A stretch of DNA of 64,000 nt from sequence record PQ349265.1, one strand, 5' to 3'. Origin of the DNA: Escherichia phage CJY920. The notes under the pieces were generated by a model. It was not told the origin of the DNA and did no database searches. It was given only the letters and a program-made list of their open reading frames with translations. This document shows positions 51,382 to 61,486 of this stretch, in pieces; position 1 is the stretch's first letter, and each line of letters opens with the position of its first letter. Position numbers and translations under genes: made by a program.

Positions 51382-51644
51382 ATGAAATATGTTAATCGTT
51401 CTATCGCGGCATTAGTATTAGCAGTATATCTTTAGTAGGATGTACTGATGCTGATAATGCAACCAAAGTTTTGTCTTCAAGCGGGTTTACTAATATTGAA
51501 ATCACTGGATACAATTGGTTTGGTTGCTCTGAAAATGATTTCCAACACACTGGATTTCGTGCTATTGGACCTACCGGGCAGAAAGTAGAAGGAACAGTAT
51601 GTTCTGGGCTGTTCTTTAAGGATTCAACTATTCGTTTTAAATAA
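51382..51644 (+). pseudogene. lipoprotein gene disrupted by frameshift (signal peptide and mature part in different frames)
   Basis: MKYVNRSIAALVLAVYL then stop; downstream frame encodes ...SLVGCTDADNATKV... (LVGC lipobox) with no start codon of its own. Confidence 0.4.
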
Positions 51645-51662
51645 AAGGCCTTCGGGCCTTTA
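51645..51662 (+). terminator. UUCG hairpin
   Basis: aaggcc-ttcg-ggcctt. Confidence 0.5.
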
Positions 51663-51686
51663 GCTTTATGATTACCGGAGTATAAT
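51659..51686 (+). promoter_or_regulatory. candidate MotA-dependent middle promoter of gene 39
   Basis: AGCTTTA box-like, 12 nt, TATAAT. Confidence 0.45.
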
Positions 51687-51713
51687 ATTCCCGAAACCAA
51701 ACGAGGATAAGTG

Positions 51714-53264
51714 ATGATTAAGAATGAAATTAAAATTCTGAGCGATATTGAACATATCAAAAAGCGTAGCGGCATGTATATTGGCTCTTCTGCTAATGAA
51801 ATGCATGAGCGCTTTCTGTTTGGTAAATGGGAAAGTGTTCAGTATGTACCTGGTCTTGTTAAGCTTATTGATGAAATTATCGATAACTCAGTAGATGAAG
51901 GTATTCGTACTAAGTTTAAATTCGCAAATAAAATTAGTGTTACTATTAAAAACAATCAAGTAACAGTTGAAGATAACGGTCGCGGTATTCCACAGGCGAT
52001 GGTTAAAACACCTACTGGTGAAGAAATTCCTGGTCCTGTTGCTGCATGGACTATTCCAAAAGCAGGTGGTAACTTTGGTGATGATAAAGAACGCGTCACT
52101 GGCGGTATGAATGGTGTTGGTTCTAGTTTGACAAACATTTTTTCTGTGATGTTTGTCGGTGAAACTGGTGATGGTCAAAATAATATTGTAGTTCGTTGTT
52201 CAAATGGCATGGAAAATAAATCATGGGAAACTATTCCAGGAAAATGGAAAGGAACTCGTGTTACTTTCATTCCTGATTTTATGTCATTTGAAACTAATGA
52301 GCTGTCCCAAGTTTATCTTGACATTACACTAGATCGTCTCCAGACACTTGCAGTAGTTTATCCTGATATTCAATTTACCTTTAATGGTAAAAAGGTTCAG
52401 GGCAATTTTAAGAAATATGCACGCCAATATGATGAGCATGCTATCGTTCAAGAACAAGAAAATTGCTCTATTGCGGTTGGTCGTTCACCGGATGGTTTTC
52501 GTCAATTAACTTATGTGAATAACATTCACACTAAGAATGGTGGCCATCACATTGACTGTGTTATGGATGATATTTGTGAAGACCTTATTCCACAAATCAA
52601 ACGTAAGTTCAAAATTGATGTGACTAAAGCACGCGTTAAAGAATGTTTGACTATCGTTATGTTTGTCCGTGATATGAAAAACATGCGATTTGATTCTCAA
52701 ACTAAAGAGCGTTTGACTTCTCCATTTGGTGAAATCCGTAGTCATATTCAACTTGATGCTAAAAAGATTTCACGTGCTATTCTAAATAATGAAGCAATTC
52801 TAATGCCGATTATTGAAGCTGCTTTGGCTCGTAAATTGGCGGCAGAAAAAGCAGCAGAAACTAAAGCAGCTAAAAAGGCTTCTAAAGCTAAGGTTCATAA
52901 ACATATTAAAGCGAATCTTTGTGGTAAAGATGCTGATACTACTCTTTTCTTGACTGAGGGTGATTCGGCTATCGGATATCTTATTGATGTTCGTGATAAA
53001 GAACTTCACGGTGGTTATCCATTACGTGGTAAAGTTCTCAACAGTTGGGGTATGTCATATGCTGACATACTTAAAAACAAAGAACTGTTTGATATTTGCG
53101 CAATCACTGGATTAGTTCTCGGTGAAAAGGCGTTTGAAGAAAAAGAAGATGGCGAGTGGTTTACTTTCGAACTAAATGGCGATACAATTATCGTAAATGA
53201 AAATGATGAAGTACAGATTAATGGTAAATGGATAACAGTAGGTGAATTACGAAAAAATCTATAA
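51714..53264 (+). CDS. 39: topoisomerase II large subunit gp39 (GyrB-like ATPase)
   Basis: 516 aa; GHKL ATPase motifs (IDNSVDE, GRGIP); GAGG SD. Confidence 0.9.
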   Translation: MIKNEIKILSDIEHIKKRSGMYIGSSANEMHERFLFGKWESVQYVPGLVKLIDEIIDNSVDEGIRTKFKFANKISVTIKNNQVTVEDNGRGIPQAMVKTPTGEEIPGPVAAWTIPKAGGNFGDDKERVTGGMNGVGSSLTNIFSVMFVGETGDGQNNIVVRCSNGMENKSWETIPGKWKGTRVTFIPDFMSFETNELSQVYLDITLDRLQTLAVVYPDIQFTFNGKKVQGNFKKYARQYDEHAIVQEQENCSIAVGRSPDGFRQLTYVNNIHTKNGGHHIDCVMDDICEDLIPQIKRKFKIDVTKARVKECLTIVMFVRDMKNMRFDSQTKERLTSPFGEIRSHIQLDAKKISRAILNNEAILMPIIEAALARKLAAEKAAETKAAKKASKAKVHKHIKANLCGKDADTTLFLTEGDSAIGYLIDVRDKELHGGYPLRGKVLNSWGMSYADILKNKELFDICAITGLVLGEKAFEEKEDGEWFTFELNGDTIIVNENDEVQINGKWITVGELRKNL

Positions 53265-54060
53265 TGACTTAATAGTGCGGGGTAAAACCCGCGTTTCTAA
53301 ATTTAAGGGTGAAATTCATCATATCCTTCCAAGATCAATGGGAGGTTCTGATGATAAAGAAAATTTGGTGAAACTGACTTTTCGTGAACATTTTTTAGCA
53401 CATTTTCTACTATATAAAATTCATCGTAATCGTGAAATGGCATATGCGATGAATAGAATGTTAAACACTGAAAAATATTTACGTTCTAGTAAATTATATG
53501 AAATTGCTAGAATTTACCATCAAAGAGCAGTATCTGAATGGTCAAAAAACTTTATGAAAGATAAAGTTTTAATGAGAAGTATTAAATCGGGTAAATGCGC
53601 CTTATTAATTAAAGGATCATTTAACCCAAAGGAATGGTGCGGTGTTAATAAAGGTGTTAAGCTTCCTGGAATTAAAGGCATGACATGCTTTAAAAATGAA
53701 AAAGGCGAAGTTTTTCGTCTTCATGTTAATGATCCACGCATTAAAGCTGAAAAATTAGTTGGTATTGGAAATACTGTTGCTGCTACTGCAAAAGCAGCTG
53801 AACTTGAAAAAGCGAAACCATGGTATAATAAATCAGCGACAAATCCAGAGGCTGTAAAATTAATACCAAATTTATATGAATGGTACGTCACGAAATATGA
53901 CCCCGATCATTATAAACGAACGGGAGTTGCTAAATGGAAATCAGTTAATAATATAACTGTGAATTCAAAATTATTCGGCCGAGCATTTAATGAATTTAAA
54001 CGCGGTTGGATTCCTGATGAAAAGTTCTATGAGGTGTATAATGAAATTTGTAAAAATTGA
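53242..54060 (+). CDS. mobA: Mob-type HNH homing endonuclease (MobA-like, between 39 and 60)
   Basis: MNYEKIYNDLI..., HHILPRSMGG...NLVKLTFREHFLAH; GTG start inside last 23 nt of gene 39. Confidence 0.75.
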   Translation: MNYEKIYNDLIVRGKTRVSKFKGEIHHILPRSMGGSDDKENLVKLTFREHFLAHFLLYKIHRNREMAYAMNRMLNTEKYLRSSKLYEIARIYHQRAVSEWSKNFMKDKVLMRSIKSGKCALLIKGSFNPKEWCGVNKGVKLPGIKGMTCFKNEKGEVFRLHVNDPRIKAEKLVGIGNTVAATAKAAELEKAKPWYNKSATNPEAVKLIPNLYEWYVTKYDPDHYKRTGVAKWKSVNNITVNSKLFGRAFNEFKRGWIPDEKFYEVYNEICKN

Positions 54061-54573
54061 TTCTTCTAGCGTTGATATGAAAAAATATAAATTGCAGAAC
54101 AATGTTCGTCGTTCTATTAAATCCTCTTCAATGAACTATGCGAATGTCGCTATTATGACAGACGCAGATCACGATGGATAGCCTTCGGGCTATCTATAGA
54201 AATACCTCATAATTAAGAGATTATTGGATTAGGTTCTATTTATCCTTCTCTGCTTGGATTTTTTAGTAATTGGCCAGAACTGTTTGAGCAAGGACGAATT
54301 CGCTTTGTCAAAACTCCTGTAATCATCGCTCAGGTTGGTAAAAAACAAGAATGGTTTTATACAGTCGCTGAATATGAGAGTGCTAAAGATGCTCTACCTA
54401 AACATAGTATTCGATACATCAAGGGATTGGGCTCACTTCAGCGGGATGAATATAAAGAAATGATTCAAAACCCTGTGTACGACGTAGTTAAACTTCCTGA
54501 AAATTGGAAAGAACTATTTGAAATGCTCATGGGTAACGACCCTGAACTCCGTAAAGATTGGATGCTAGGATAA
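54041..54573 (+). CDS. 60: topoisomerase II small subunit gp60, join(54041..54178,54229..54573) via 50-nt translational bypass
   Basis: MKFVKIDSS...AIMTDADHDG to take-off GGA then UAG; landing GGA 54226-54228; resumes LGSIYPSLLGFFSNWPELFEQGRIRFVK...; 46+114=160 aa. Confidence 0.85.
54179..54228 (+). other. gene 60 coding gap (ribosomal hop) with take-off stem-loop
   Basis: UAG stop inside UUCG hairpin (gga-tag-cc-ttcg-gg-cta-tc); matching GGA codons 50 nt apart. Confidence 0.8.
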
Positions 54574-55370
54574 TGAATTATCGTAAAATTTATGATAAAC
54601 TTATCGCTGCGGCTAAAAACCGCAGCACTATTCCTAATTATACTGAAACTCACCATATTTTGCCTAAATCTATGGGCGGGAGTAATGCTAAATCAAATCT
54701 AGTTAAAATGACCCCTAGAGAGCATTTTATCGCCCATTTATTGCTTTATAAAATTCATAAGAACCGTTCTATGCTTATGGCTATTAGAGCTTTTTACATG
54801 GGAGCTAGAAATTCTAGAGATTATGATTGGCTTAAACAAGAATTCTCTAAAGAGCACTCTAGATTTATGAAAGAATGGATTGCTAAAAATGGCAACCCAT
54901 TTAAAGGTAAAAAACATACTAAAGCAACAAGAGAATTAATGTCACATATTGCTTCACAACGTATAGGCGAATTAAATCCATTTTATGGTAAAACTCATAC
55001 GCAAGAAGCAATAGATAAAATAATACAGGCTAACAAGTTATCTTGGGAGAATGGGCGAAAAGCACCTGTAAAAACAAAAGAACACCAGGATAAAATAACT
55101 AAATCAAGAATGGAAACATTTAAAACAAAAGGATTTAAACCATACACTCCTAGGTCAGAAGAAACTAAAGCTAAGACTAGAGAGTTGTATAAATCTAAAT
55201 ATGAAAGAAGGCCTATAAGAATCACAAGTGTAAAAACAGGCGAAACTATTGATTTTAACTATCTTTATGAATTAAGGGAGTATTTAGATATAGGGTCTTC
55301 TAATATATTGAAAGCATTAAATAATCCTAACAGAACCTGCAAAGGTTATAAAATGTGTTGGATGTCCTAA
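54573..55370 (+). CDS. Mob-type HNH homing endonuclease
   Basis: MNYRKIYDKLI..., THHILPKSMGG...NLVKMTPREHFIAH; NUMOD3-like NPFYGKTHT; ATG overlaps gene 60 TAA. Confidence 0.75.
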   Translation: MNYRKIYDKLIAAAKNRSTIPNYTETHHILPKSMGGSNAKSNLVKMTPREHFIAHLLLYKIHKNRSMLMAIRAFYMGARNSRDYDWLKQEFSKEHSRFMKEWIAKNGNPFKGKKHTKATRELMSHIASQRIGELNPFYGKTHTQEAIDKIIQANKLSWENGRKAPVKTKEHQDKITKSRMETFKTKGFKPYTPRSEETKAKTRELYKSKYERRPIRITSVKTGETIDFNYLYELREYLDIGSSNILKALNNPNRTCKGYKMCWMS

Positions 55371-55397
55371 GCTCCTTCGGGAGCTTCATTTTAATTT
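55369..55397 (+). terminator. intrinsic terminator (UUCG hairpin plus T-rich tail)
   Basis: aagctcc-ttcg-ggagctt then tcattttaatttt. Confidence 0.55.
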
Positions 55398-55412
55398 TAA
55401 TAAGGCTTAATT

Positions 55413-55487
55413 ATGAAAGTTATGTTTATCCCATCTCGTGCAGTCCCATTTAATCCTGACCTTCGCAAAGAATGGATGAGCCAATAG
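55413..55487 (+). pseudogene. remnant of an alternative gene 60 3' end
   Basis: 24-codon ORF ending ...PFNPDLRKEWMSQ*, resembling the actual gene 60 end ...GNDPELRKDWMLG*. Confidence 0.45.
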
Positions 55488-55516
55488 TTTACTTTACCAC
55501 AAGGATGTGGTATAAT
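55488..55516 (+). promoter_or_regulatory. early sigma70-type promoter
   Basis: agtttactttaccacaaggatgtggtataat; near-identical to 8132-8161. Confidence 0.55.
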
Positions 55517-55541
55517 TAATTGGGCAAATGAGGATATTGAA

Positions 55542-55745
55542 ATGAAATCATATAAAGTAAATTTAGAACTTTTTGATAAAGCAGTTCATCGAGAATATAG
55601 AATCATTCAACGCTTTTTCGATATGGGAGAAGCCGAAGAATTTAAAAACCGCTTTAAAGATATTAGAGATAAAATTCAATCCGACACCGCAACTAAAGAC
55701 GAACTACTAGAAGTTGCTGAAGTTATTAAGCGTAATATGAATTAA
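55542..55745 (+). CDS. hypothetical protein (67 aa; rIIA.1 position)
   Basis: track ORF upstream of rIIA. Confidence 0.5.
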   Translation: MKSYKVNLELFDKAVHREYRIIQRFFDMGEAEEFKNRFKDIRDKIQSDTATKDELLEVAEVIKRNMN

Positions 55746-55755
55746 TGAGGAAATT

Positions 55756-57933
55756 ATGATTATCACCACTGAAAAAGAAACAATTCTTGGTAATGGTTCT
55801 AAATCAAAAGCATTTAGCATCACAGCATCTCCTAAAGTATTTAAAATTCTGTCATCTGATTTGTATACAAACAAGATTCGCGCAGTAGTTCGTGAATTGA
55901 TTACCAACATGATTGATGCCCATGCTCTTAATGGAAATCCTGAAAAATTTATCATTCAAGTTCCTGGACGTTTAGATCCACGATTTGTTTGCCGAGATTT
56001 TGGTCCGGGTATGAGCGATTTTGATATTCAAGGTGATGATAATTCTCCTGGGTTGTATAATTCATACTTTAGTTCATCTAAGGCTGAATCTAACGATTTC
56101 ATTGGTGGATTTGGTTTAGGTTCTAAATCTCCGTTTAGTTATACTGATACATTTAGTATTACTTCATATCATAAAGGCGAAATTCGTGGTTATGTAGCTT
56201 ACATGGATGGTGATGGTCCACAGATTAAACCTACATTCGTAAAAGAAATGGGTCCAAATGATAAAACTGGTATTGAAATCGTAGTTCCAGTTGAAGAAAA
56301 AGATTTTAGAAACTTTGCTTATGAAGTTTCTTATATCATGCGACCATTCAAAGATTTGGCTATCATTAATGGTCTTGACCGTGAAATTGATTATTTTCCG
56401 GATTTTGATGACTACTACGGCGTAAATCCAGAAAGATACTGGCCAGATCGTGGTGGATTGTATGCTATCTATGGTGGTATTGTTTATCCTATTGATGGTG
56501 TTATTAGAGACCGTAACTGGTTAAGCATTCGCAATGAAGTGAATTACATTAAGTTTCCAATGGGTTCACTTGATATTGCTCCATCACGTGAGGCTCTTTC
56601 ACTAGATGATCGTACTCGTAAAAATATTATTGAGCGTGTTAAAGAGCTTAGTGAGAAAGCATTTAATGAAGATGTAAAACGATTTAAAGAATCTACATCT
56701 CCTCGTCATACATACCGTGAATTGATGAAGATGGGATATTCTGCTCGAGATTATATGATTAGTAATTCGGTCAAATTCACGACTAAAAATCTGTCATATA
56801 AGAAGATGCAAAGCATGTTTGAACCTGACAGTAAGTTATGCAATGCAGGGGTTGTGTATGAAGTAAATCTTGACCCTCGACTGAAGCGCATTAAGCAAAG
56901 CCATGAAACTTCAGCCGTTGCGTCAAGCTATCGTCTGTTTGGTATTAATACGACAAAAATTAATATTGTTATTGATAATACTAAAAATCGTGTTAATATT
57001 GTCCGTGGATTAGCACGTGCATTAGATGATAGCGAATTTAATAACACCTTAAATATTCATCACAATGAGCGTCTTCTGTTTATTAATCCGGAAGTAGAAT
57101 CACAGATTGATTTACTCCCTGATATTATGGCAATGTTTGAAAGTGATGAAGTTAACATTCATTATTTGTCAGAAATTGAAGCTTTAGTTAAAAGTTATAT
57201 TCCAAAGGCAGTAAAAAGTACAGCTCCTCGTCCTAAAACTGCCACTGCATTTAAGTTTGAAATTAAAGACGGGCGTTGGGAAAAAGAGGAATTGTTTACG
57301 CTCACATCAGAAGCAGATGAAATTACTGGTTATGTAGCATACATGCATCGTTCTGATATTTTCTCTATAGATGGTACTACATCGCTTTGTCATCCATCTA
57401 CGAATATTTTGATTCGTATGGCTAATCTTATTGGCATTAATGAATTTTATGTTATTCGTCCGCTTTTGCAGAAAAAGGTAAAAGAACTTGGTCAGTGCCA
57501 ATGTATTTTTGAAACTTTGCGTGATTTATATGTAGATGCTTTTGATGATGTAGATTATGATAAGTATGTAGGTTATTCAAGTTCAGCTAAACGATATATT
57601 GATAAAATTATCAAGTATCCTGAGTTAGATTTTATGATGAAGTACTTCAGTGTAGATGAAGTTTCTGAAGAATATACACGACTCGCTAATATGGTTAGTT
57701 CATTACAGGGTGTATATTTCAACGGTGGAAAAGATACCATCGGTCATGACATCTGGACAGTAACTAATCTTTTTGATGTATTATCAAATAATGCTTCAAA
57801 AAACAGTGATAAAATGGTTGCTGAGTTTACCAAGAAATTCCGTATTGTTTCCGACTTCATCGGTTATCGCAATTCTTTAAGTGATGATGAAGTTTCCCAA
57901 ATCGCTAAAACTATGAAGGCCCTTGCGGCCTAA
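55756..57933 (+). CDS. rIIA: rIIA protein
   Basis: 725 aa [30 protein letters not shown]...; matches remembered T4 rIIA. Confidence 0.9.
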   Translation: MIITTEKETILGNGSKSKAFSITASPKVFKILSSDLYTNKIRAVVRELITNMIDAHALNGNPEKFIIQVPGRLDPRFVCRDFGPGMSDFDIQGDDNSPGLYNSYFSSSKAESNDFIGGFGLGSKSPFSYTDTFSITSYHKGEIRGYVAYMDGDGPQIKPTFVKEMGPNDKTGIEIVVPVEEKDFRNFAYEVSYIMRPFKDLAIINGLDREIDYFPDFDDYYGVNPERYWPDRGGLYAIYGGIVYPIDGVIRDRNWLSIRNEVNYIKFPMGSLDIAPSREALSLDDRTRKNIIERVKELSEKAFNEDVKRFKESTSPRHTYRELMKMGYSARDYMISNSVKFTTKNLSYKKMQSMFEPDSKLCNAGVVYEVNLDPRLKRIKQSHETSAVASSYRLFGINTTKINIVIDNTKNRVNIVRGLARALDDSEFNNTLNIHHNERLLFINPEVESQIDLLPDIMAMFESDEVNIHYLSEIEALVKSYIPKAVKSTAPRPKTATAFKFEIKDGRWEKEELFTLTSEADEITGYVAYMHRSDIFSIDGTTSLCHPSTNILIRMANLIGINEFYVIRPLLQKKVKELGQCQCIFETLRDLYVDAFDDVDYDKYVGYSSSAKRYIDKIIKYPELDFMMKYFSVDEVSEEYTRLANMVSSLQGVYFNGGKDTIGHDIWTVTNLFDVLSNNASKNSDKMVAEFTKKFRIVSDFIGYRNSLSDDEVSQIAKTMKALAA

Positions 57934-57944
57934 TAAGGAAAATT

Positions 57945-58883
57945 ATGTACAATATTAAATGCCTGACCAAAAACGAACAAGCTGAAATTGTCAAACTGTA
58001 TTCAAGTGGTAATTACACTCAGCAGGAATTAGCTTATTGGAAGGATGTATCGGTTGACACAATCCGTCGTGTTTTGAAAAATGCTGAAGAAGCTAAACGC
58101 CCTAAAGTTACTATTAGCGGTGATATTACAGTTAAAGTTAATAGCGATGCAGTTATTGCTCCAGCTGCTAAATCTGACATTATTTGGAATGCATCTAAAA
58201 AATTCATTTCAATTACTGTTGACGGTGTAACTTATAACGCAACTCCTAATACTCATTCAAACTTCCAGGAAATTCTTAATCTGCTTGTAGCGGATAAGTT
58301 GGAAGAAGCGGCACAAAAAATTAATGTTCGTCGCGCTGTTGAAAAATATATTTCCGGTGATGTTCGAATTGAAGGTGGAAGCTTGTTCTATCAAAACATT
58401 GAATTGCGGTCTGGTTTAGTTGATCGTATTCTCGATTCGATGGAAAAAGGCGAAAACTTTGAATTTTATTTTCCGTTCCTGGAAAATCTGTTGGAAAACC
58501 CAAGCCAAAAAGCAGTATCTCGACTCTTTGATTTCTTGGTAGCAAACGATATTGAAATTACAGAAGACGGCTACTTCTATGCTTGGAAAGTAGTTCGTAG
58601 CAATTACTTTGACTGTCATTCAAATACTTTTGATAACAGCCCTGGTAAAGTAGTTAAAATGCCACGTACTCGTGTGAATGACGATGATACACAAACTTGT
58701 TCTCGTGGTCTGCATGTGTGTTCTAAATCTTATATTCGTCACTTTGGCAGTTCAACCAGTCGAGTTGTAAAAGTTAAAGTGCATCCGCGTGATGTAGTAT
58801 CAATTCCGATTGATTACAACGATGCTAAAATGCGTACCTGCCAATACGAAGTAGTTGAAGACGTTACTGAACAATTTAAATAA
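57945..58883 (+). CDS. rIIB: rIIB protein
   Basis: 312 aa, immediately downstream of rIIA. Confidence 0.9.
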   Translation: MYNIKCLTKNEQAEIVKLYSSGNYTQQELAYWKDVSVDTIRRVLKNAEEAKRPKVTISGDITVKVNSDAVIAPAAKSDIIWNASKKFISITVDGVTYNATPNTHSNFQEILNLLVADKLEEAAQKINVRRAVEKYISGDVRIEGGSLFYQNIELRSGLVDRILDSMEKGENFEFYFPFLENLLENPSQKAVSRLFDFLVANDIEITEDGYFYAWKVVRSNYFDCHSNTFDNSPGKVVKMPRTRVNDDDTQTCSRGLHVCSKSYIRHFGSSTSRVVKVKVHPRDVVSIPIDYNDAKMRTCQYEVVEDVTEQFK

Positions 58884-58912
58884 GGGCTTCGGCCCCTTAA
58901 CTAAGGAAAATT

Positions 58913-59107
58913 ATGTTAGGTTATCAAGCACGAGTAAAAGAAGAATACGATCAATTAATGCTCAAAATTAATGCATTGAGCAAATTTTTAGAAAGTGAAA
59001 AGTTTTCAACGGTTAATGCAGTTGAGCAAGAACTGTTGCTTTCGCAGTTTATTTCAATGAAATCTTATGCAGATTGTTTAGAGAAAAGAATTGCACAATT
59101 CAAATAA
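58913..59107 (+). CDS. hypothetical protein (64 aa)
   Basis: ATG after AAGGAAAAT; flanked by UUCG hairpins. Confidence 0.5.
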   Translation: MLGYQARVKEEYDQLMLKINALSKFLESEKFSTVNAVEQELLLSQFISMKSYADCLEKRIAQFK

Positions 59108-59111
59108 AATA

Positions 59112-59134
59112 AAGGGCTTCGGCCCTTTTGTTTT
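59112..59134 (+). terminator. intrinsic terminator (UUCG hairpin plus T-run)
   Basis: aagggc-ttcg-gccctt followed by ttgtttt. Confidence 0.6.
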
Positions 59135-59193
59135 AAGGGAAGTTATGATTTATTATATGAATATCAGTAATTCCGACGTGAAAGGAAAGTTTA

Positions 59194-59751
59194 ATGCAGA
59201 AAACAAATCCGGGTTTACAGAGACTATTTCAGATTCCAACATTTATCCTATCGAACGGTGACTTGACTAGTGAAATGAAGGTCAAAATTGCTGATACAGC
59301 AAGATACTCTTTAAAACAAAATCCTAATCAGGATAAAGCAGAAGTCATCGAAAGATGCCGTATCGCTGTGTATGCAGAGTTTTTTGTAGCAGATTGGCTG
59401 AGCGGGTATGTTAACAAAGGCCAAGAGGATGTTAATGACCCGTATACATACGCATGGGATGTATTGGCGCATCCAAGATATTGCGGGCTTCGTGTAGAAG
59501 TTAAGACACATCAAACTGACTCACGTTGGATTTCGGTAACAACCGGATGCAGCGGAGAGTATCCATATGGTTCTGGAATAAATCTAGGGCCCATTCTAAA
59601 TCATCAAGTCGCTGACTGTATAATTATATTCAACACTAAAGAAATTCATCCAGGTGTCATCCAGTACACTCCGAAGTTCATCGGTGACAGAGAAGACCTT
59701 CGTAAGGTTGTAAGAAAAAGCAACTACAACGGATGGTATCTTTCCATTTAA
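59194..59751 (+). CDS. denB: endonuclease IV DenB-like
   Basis: 185 aa, position adjacent to rIIB as in T4. Confidence 0.6.
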   Translation: MQKTNPGLQRLFQIPTFILSNGDLTSEMKVKIADTARYSLKQNPNQDKAEVIERCRIAVYAEFFVADWLSGYVNKGQEDVNDPYTYAWDVLAHPRYCGLRVEVKTHQTDSRWISVTTGCSGEYPYGSGINLGPILNHQVADCIIIFNTKEIHPGVIQYTPKFIGDREDLRKVVRKSNYNGWYLSI

Positions 59752-59767
59752 AAATTTTCACAAAACG

Positions 59768-59798
59768 GTTTACATACCACAAGGACTGTGGTACTATA
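59768..59798 (+). promoter_or_regulatory. early sigma70-type promoter
   Basis: GTTTAC -35, TACTAT -10; leader related to repeat family. Confidence 0.5.
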
Positions 59799-59824
59799 CA
59801 ACTATCAGCTACGGAGGAGTAAAA

Positions 59825-60013
59825 ATGAAATTTAAATTTTATTACGCTAAACATAAAATTACCGGTGAATTTATTGCATTTACGACTTCAACTACAGGTG
59901 AAGGAGATATTTTTACTGCAGTATTTTTATCAAAATGGGAATCAGATCAACCTTACTTATCATCGCGTGAAGATCTCCAACGATTAGTTAATGGAGAATA
60001 TAATGATTCATGA
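59825..60013 (+). CDS. hypothetical protein (62 aa)
   Basis: ATG after GGAGGAG. Confidence 0.5.
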   Translation: MKFKFYYAKHKITGEFIAFTTSTTGEGDIFTAVFLSKWESDQPYLSSREDLQRLVNGEYNDS

Positions 60014-60273
60014 TCATATTTAGTCCATGATTGTGTTAAAAAGGCAATAAAACAAAAACACCTGGAAATCGTTGAGATTGAACTATGAGTTCACTGTGGT
60101 GGTGTTTCGTTTGGTTAATTAGTATTCCAGTAATTTGTTTAACATTTACTTTTGTGATGAGGTTATTATGAAAATTTTGAATTCTGTACTTATTGCTTGT
60201 GCGTGGTGGGTTGTGCAAGTTTCAGCGGTAGTAGTTGGTATTCACATTTATTACGAATATTTTTAAAAAAGTT

Positions 60274-60303
60274 GTTTACAAGACTGTTCCTCTGTGGTAT
60301 TAT
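60274..60303 (+). promoter_or_regulatory. early sigma70-type promoter
   Basis: GTTTAC -35, TGTGGTATTAT. Confidence 0.5.
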
Positions 60304-60331
60304 TACCCTATCAACTACGGAGGAACAGAAA

Positions 60332-60445
60332 ATGAAAAAGATTGTTAAAGCTATATGGAATGTAGTTATAATACTAGTAGTTTTGAGTATATTCCCAATC
60401 GTTTTAATGATTGATGTATTAAACGCTTACTTTGGATTTATGTGA
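60332..60445 (+). CDS. small membrane peptide (37 aa)
   Basis: ATG after GGAGG; single TM helix. Confidence 0.4.
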   Translation: MKKIVKAIWNVVIILVVLSIFPIVLMIDVLNAYFGFM

Positions 60446-60452
60446 GGAAAAT

Positions 60453-60650
60453 ATGAAGCGTAAACGCAGTGCTTTTACATTTATGGAATGGTTTTTCGAT
60501 AATATTTTTCCAGCTTTATTCATTTTCATGCTGATTTTCGCCTTGGGTTCAGTTGTGGTTGGAATCTATTTGATGGCGGTTGTCGGAATGGACATTCATC
60601 AAAATGGCTTAAAATCCGTAGTTGAAACAATTTGGAATGGTGTAAAATGA
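60453..60650 (+). CDS. small membrane protein (65 aa)
   Basis: ATG after GAGGAAAAT; two hydrophobic segments. Confidence 0.5.
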   Translation: MKRKRSAFTFMEWFFDNIFPALFIFMLIFALGSVVVGIYLMAVVGMDIHQNGLKSVVETIWNGVK

Positions 60651-60765
60651 TGAATTTACTAAACATTTGGTTTTATATTCTTATGTTTTACATTGGTGCA
60701 AATTTCCCATATTGGATGGGATGGTCAACAACTGCATTTGGATTTTATACTCCCTGAGGTGAATT

Positions 60766-60981
60766 ATGAAAATTTTTAAAGATGTAAAAGTTGGTGAAAT
60801 TTTCTGTTTAGATAATGGTGATCAGTTAATTCGTATTTCACCTCTTAAGAGCACTAGCGAGAAAATGACAGTTAACGCTACTTTAGCAAATAACAGTAAT
60901 GAACGTTTCTGTATTGAAAATGATACTGAAACTTATACCGTAGAAGAGTTCTGGGAATTGAGCGTCGACTGCGACGATTAA
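60766..60981 (+). CDS. hypothetical protein (71 aa)
   Basis: ATG after GAGGTG. Confidence 0.5.
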   Translation: MKIFKDVKVGEIFCLDNGDQLIRISPLKSTSEKMTVNATLANNSNERFCIENDTETYTVEEFWELSVDCDD

Positions 60982-61042
60982 TTTAACAGGCCGTGTGTAT
61001 TCATGCGGCCTTGGAGTAGAAAATAATTTAGAGGAAATCAAT

Positions 61043-61486
61043 ATGAAATACATGACTGTTACTGATCTGAATAATGCAGGCGCTACTGTTATTGGTACAA
61101 TCAAGGGCGGTGAATGGGTTTTTGGAACTCCGCATAAAGATATTTTATCTAAACCTGGATTTTACTTTTTAGTAAGTGAATTCGATGGTTCATGCGTATC
61201 TGCACGATTTTATGTAGGTAATCAGCGTTCTAAGCAAGGGTTCAGTGCAGTTCTAAGTCATATTCGCCAGCGTCGATCTCAGCTTGCGCGTACTATTGCA
61301 AATAACAATGTTCCATACACGGTATTTTATCTACCTGCTTCTAAGATGAAACCTCTGACGACGGGATTTGGAAAAGGACAGTTAGCTTTAGCGTTTACTC
61401 GTAATCATCATTCTGAGTATCAAACACTTGAAGAAATGAACCGTATGTTGGCTGATAATTTTAAATTCGTTTTGCAGGCATATTAA
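61043..61486 (+). CDS. ndd: nucleoid disruption protein Ndd-like
   Basis: 147 aa ORF immediately upstream of stp as in T4; ATG after AGAGGAAA. Confidence 0.5.

Noticed and set aside
51401-51775. 124-aa minus-strand ORF
   Set aside because: Overlaps the frameshifted lipoprotein gene and the gene 39 promoter/start; hydrophobic low-complexity translation typical of off-frame reading.
60036-60218. 60-aa minus-strand ORF
   Set aside because: Falls in a region densely packed with + strand small hydrophobic ORFs and promoters; no minus-strand expression signals.
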